A stretch of DNA of 64,000 nucleotides from an uncultured Bacillota bacterium (GTDB lineage: Bacteria; Bacillota_I; Bacilli_A; RF39; UBA660): assembly GCA_945867665.1 (NCBI GenBank), contig CAMBIR010000001.1, positions 168,578 to 232,577 on the forward strand, written 5' to 3'. Positions 62,628 to 64,000 of this stretch are shown piece by piece. Position 1 is the first letter of the stretch, and each line of letters begins with the position of its first letter. The position numbers were made by a program, and so were the translations under genes. The notes beneath the pieces are model-generated. The model was not told where the DNA came from. It saw only the letters and a list, made by a program, of their open reading frames with translations, and made no database searches.

Positions 62628-63827
62628 ATGAAGAATACGAATAAGGAGACAAAGATGACTTTAACTACTGATTTGATGAAAAAAATGTCAAGACAAATTA
62701 TTTTAGAAGAATTGCAAGAAAAGGATATGGTATGTGGAATTTATCCTTTGACTTTAATTGAATATTACAGTGCCTTGATAAAGAAAAGAAAATATAAGTT
62801 AGAAAAAAAGATTTTTTATGCCCGTCTTCCCTTCTCTTCCACGGCTTTTTTTGAAGATAGGCAAAAAGTGATTGTTATTTTTATTAGTCGTCTAAAGAAA
62901 ATAAAAAAGATAGAGCGACAATTATTTGATTTGGTTTTTCTTTGCTATCACGAGGCTAGACACTTGGAACAAACATGGTTTTCTATCGGTAGTTTACCCG
63001 GCTACTTAAGAGAGATGGAAGAGTTTATTTGTGCAAACGCTTTTGGGAGCGATTACTTACTTTATCATGATTGTTATTCTTTTGAAATTGGGGCGAATTT
63101 GTATGCAATTCGGAAGACTGAAGAATACTTAAAGAGAAAATATCCTGATATTTATTTAAAATATCAAGAGACGATAAGACAAAAGAAAGAAAAGTTTTTT
63201 GATGATTATTTTTCCTATCATCCTACTGATACTTTTGACCATTATATAGAAGTACTAAAAGAAATGAAGCAAGAGTCTATTCTCTCTTTTCATCAAGACA
63301 AAGTAGTTCCTAGATTGGATGCTGTATCTGAAGTATTTTTAACCAGTGATTATAGGATAAAGAAGATACGAGAAATTAGAAATCATAAGGACTTTTCTAA
63401 ATTAGATAAGACAATTATTTATATGGTGTTATCTAGTTCAACATTTCTTTCTCATTTATCCCTTGATGATATGGATATGGAAGAGATTATTTTTTTAAAA
63501 GAAGCTTTGGATTATACCAGCCAAGTTTATGAAAATCAAAGGGTAATGCTAGAGAAAAATGGATCTTCTCAGGGAAGGTATGACTTTGAAAAAGTAATTG
63601 AAAAGAAGAATAAGATACTTCATCCTTATTTAGAAAAAATAGCGTATTTGAGTAAGATAGATAATTCAAGAAAAAAGAAAGAAAATAAAAATCTTGTTTT
63701 AAAAAGGAAAGAAGAAATAGAGGCAAAACTAGGAAATCATGGATATTTAGTTTTTGATTTATTTTATGTTATGTCTGCCTTGATTACTTTATTTAGTATG
63801 ATTTGTCTTATGGGAAGGATGGGTTAA
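62628..63827 (+). CDS. Hypothetical protein with HExxH metallopeptidase motif and C-terminal TM anchor
   Basis: CYHEARHLEQ...FEIGAN; C-terminal basic stretch, GNHG, then a hydrophobic helix; no N-terminal signal peptide. Confidence 0.7.
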   Translation: MKNTNKETKMTLTTDLMKKMSRQIILEELQEKDMVCGIYPLTLIEYYSALIKKRKYKLEKKIFYARLPFSSTAFFEDRQKVIVIFISRLKKIKKIERQLFDLVFLCYHEARHLEQTWFSIGSLPGYLREMEEFICANAFGSDYLLYHDCYSFEIGANLYAIRKTEEYLKRKYPDIYLKYQETIRQKKEKFFDDYFSYHPTDTFDHYIEVLKEMKQESILSFHQDKVVPRLDAVSEVFLTSDYRIKKIREIRNHKDFSKLDKTIIYMVLSSSTFLSHLSLDDMDMEEIIFLKEALDYTSQVYENQRVMLEKNGSSQGRYDFEKVIEKKNKILHPYLEKIAYLSKIDNSRKKKENKNLVLKRKEEIEAKLGNHGYLVFDLFYVMSALITLFSMICLMGRMG

Positions 63828-63830
63828 AAG

Positions 63831-64000
63831 ATGGAAGTGGAGATGATTCGGCGGTATATTCCTATTGTTGATGAGATTAGTTTAAAGTATCAATATGATC
63901 ATAATATCAAACATTTACTTTATTTAATTATCCCGACCTTTATTGAAAAATACGGAAAATCTAATGAGCGAATGGTTCTTGATGTTTTTTTTAAAGTAAA
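63831..64000 (+). CDS. Hypothetical protein (partial, runs off right edge)
   Basis: ATG 3 bp after the previous stop; MEVEMIRRYIPIVDEISLKYQYDHNIKHLLYLIIPTFIEKYG... open to the window end. Confidence 0.6.
   Translation, partial: MEVEMIRRYIPIVDEISLKYQYDHNIKHLLYLIIPTFIEKYGKSNERMVLDVFFKV

Overview
A 64-kb, strongly AT-rich chromosomal segment from a gene-dense, reduced-genome member of the Bacilli. My inference is an uncultured RF39-like gut lineage. It uses genetic code 11 and carries cell-wall and sporulation genes. Housekeeping content: clpB, alaS, mreCD, hrcA-grpE-dnaK-dnaJ, murE, pnp-rpsO, tgt, rsmH-ftsL-pbp, trxA, rnhC, gltX, hemW, fhs and two tRNA-Arg genes. Sporulation genes: cse60, gerQ, cwlD, sspI and a 42-aa YjcZ/SscA-like peptide missing from the ORF track; several have recognisable sporulation sigma promoters. 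The window also has glycosyltransferases, surface proteins, orphan ORFs and three disrupted genes. I saw no CRISPR array, rRNA, transposase or prophage. The most interesting observations are: (1) a sortase co-transcribed with two uncharacterised, mutually paralogous multi-TM proteins, plus a pilin-like protein with a non-canonical VENTS sorting motif; (2) a tRNA-Arg(CCG) whose near-universal G19-C56 elbow pair is replaced by a compensatory A19-U56; (3) a shifted CIRCE operator (TTAGCAATT-N9-AATTGCTAA); (4) murE coupled to an atypical M14 peptidase, a Zn-PLC-fold protein and a GNAT; (5) an unnamed small membrane ORF behind a consensus sigmaK/E promoter; (6) a set of orphan proteins sharing Lys/Arg-rich C-terminal tails. 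All family assignments come from motif recognition by eye; no database search was run.
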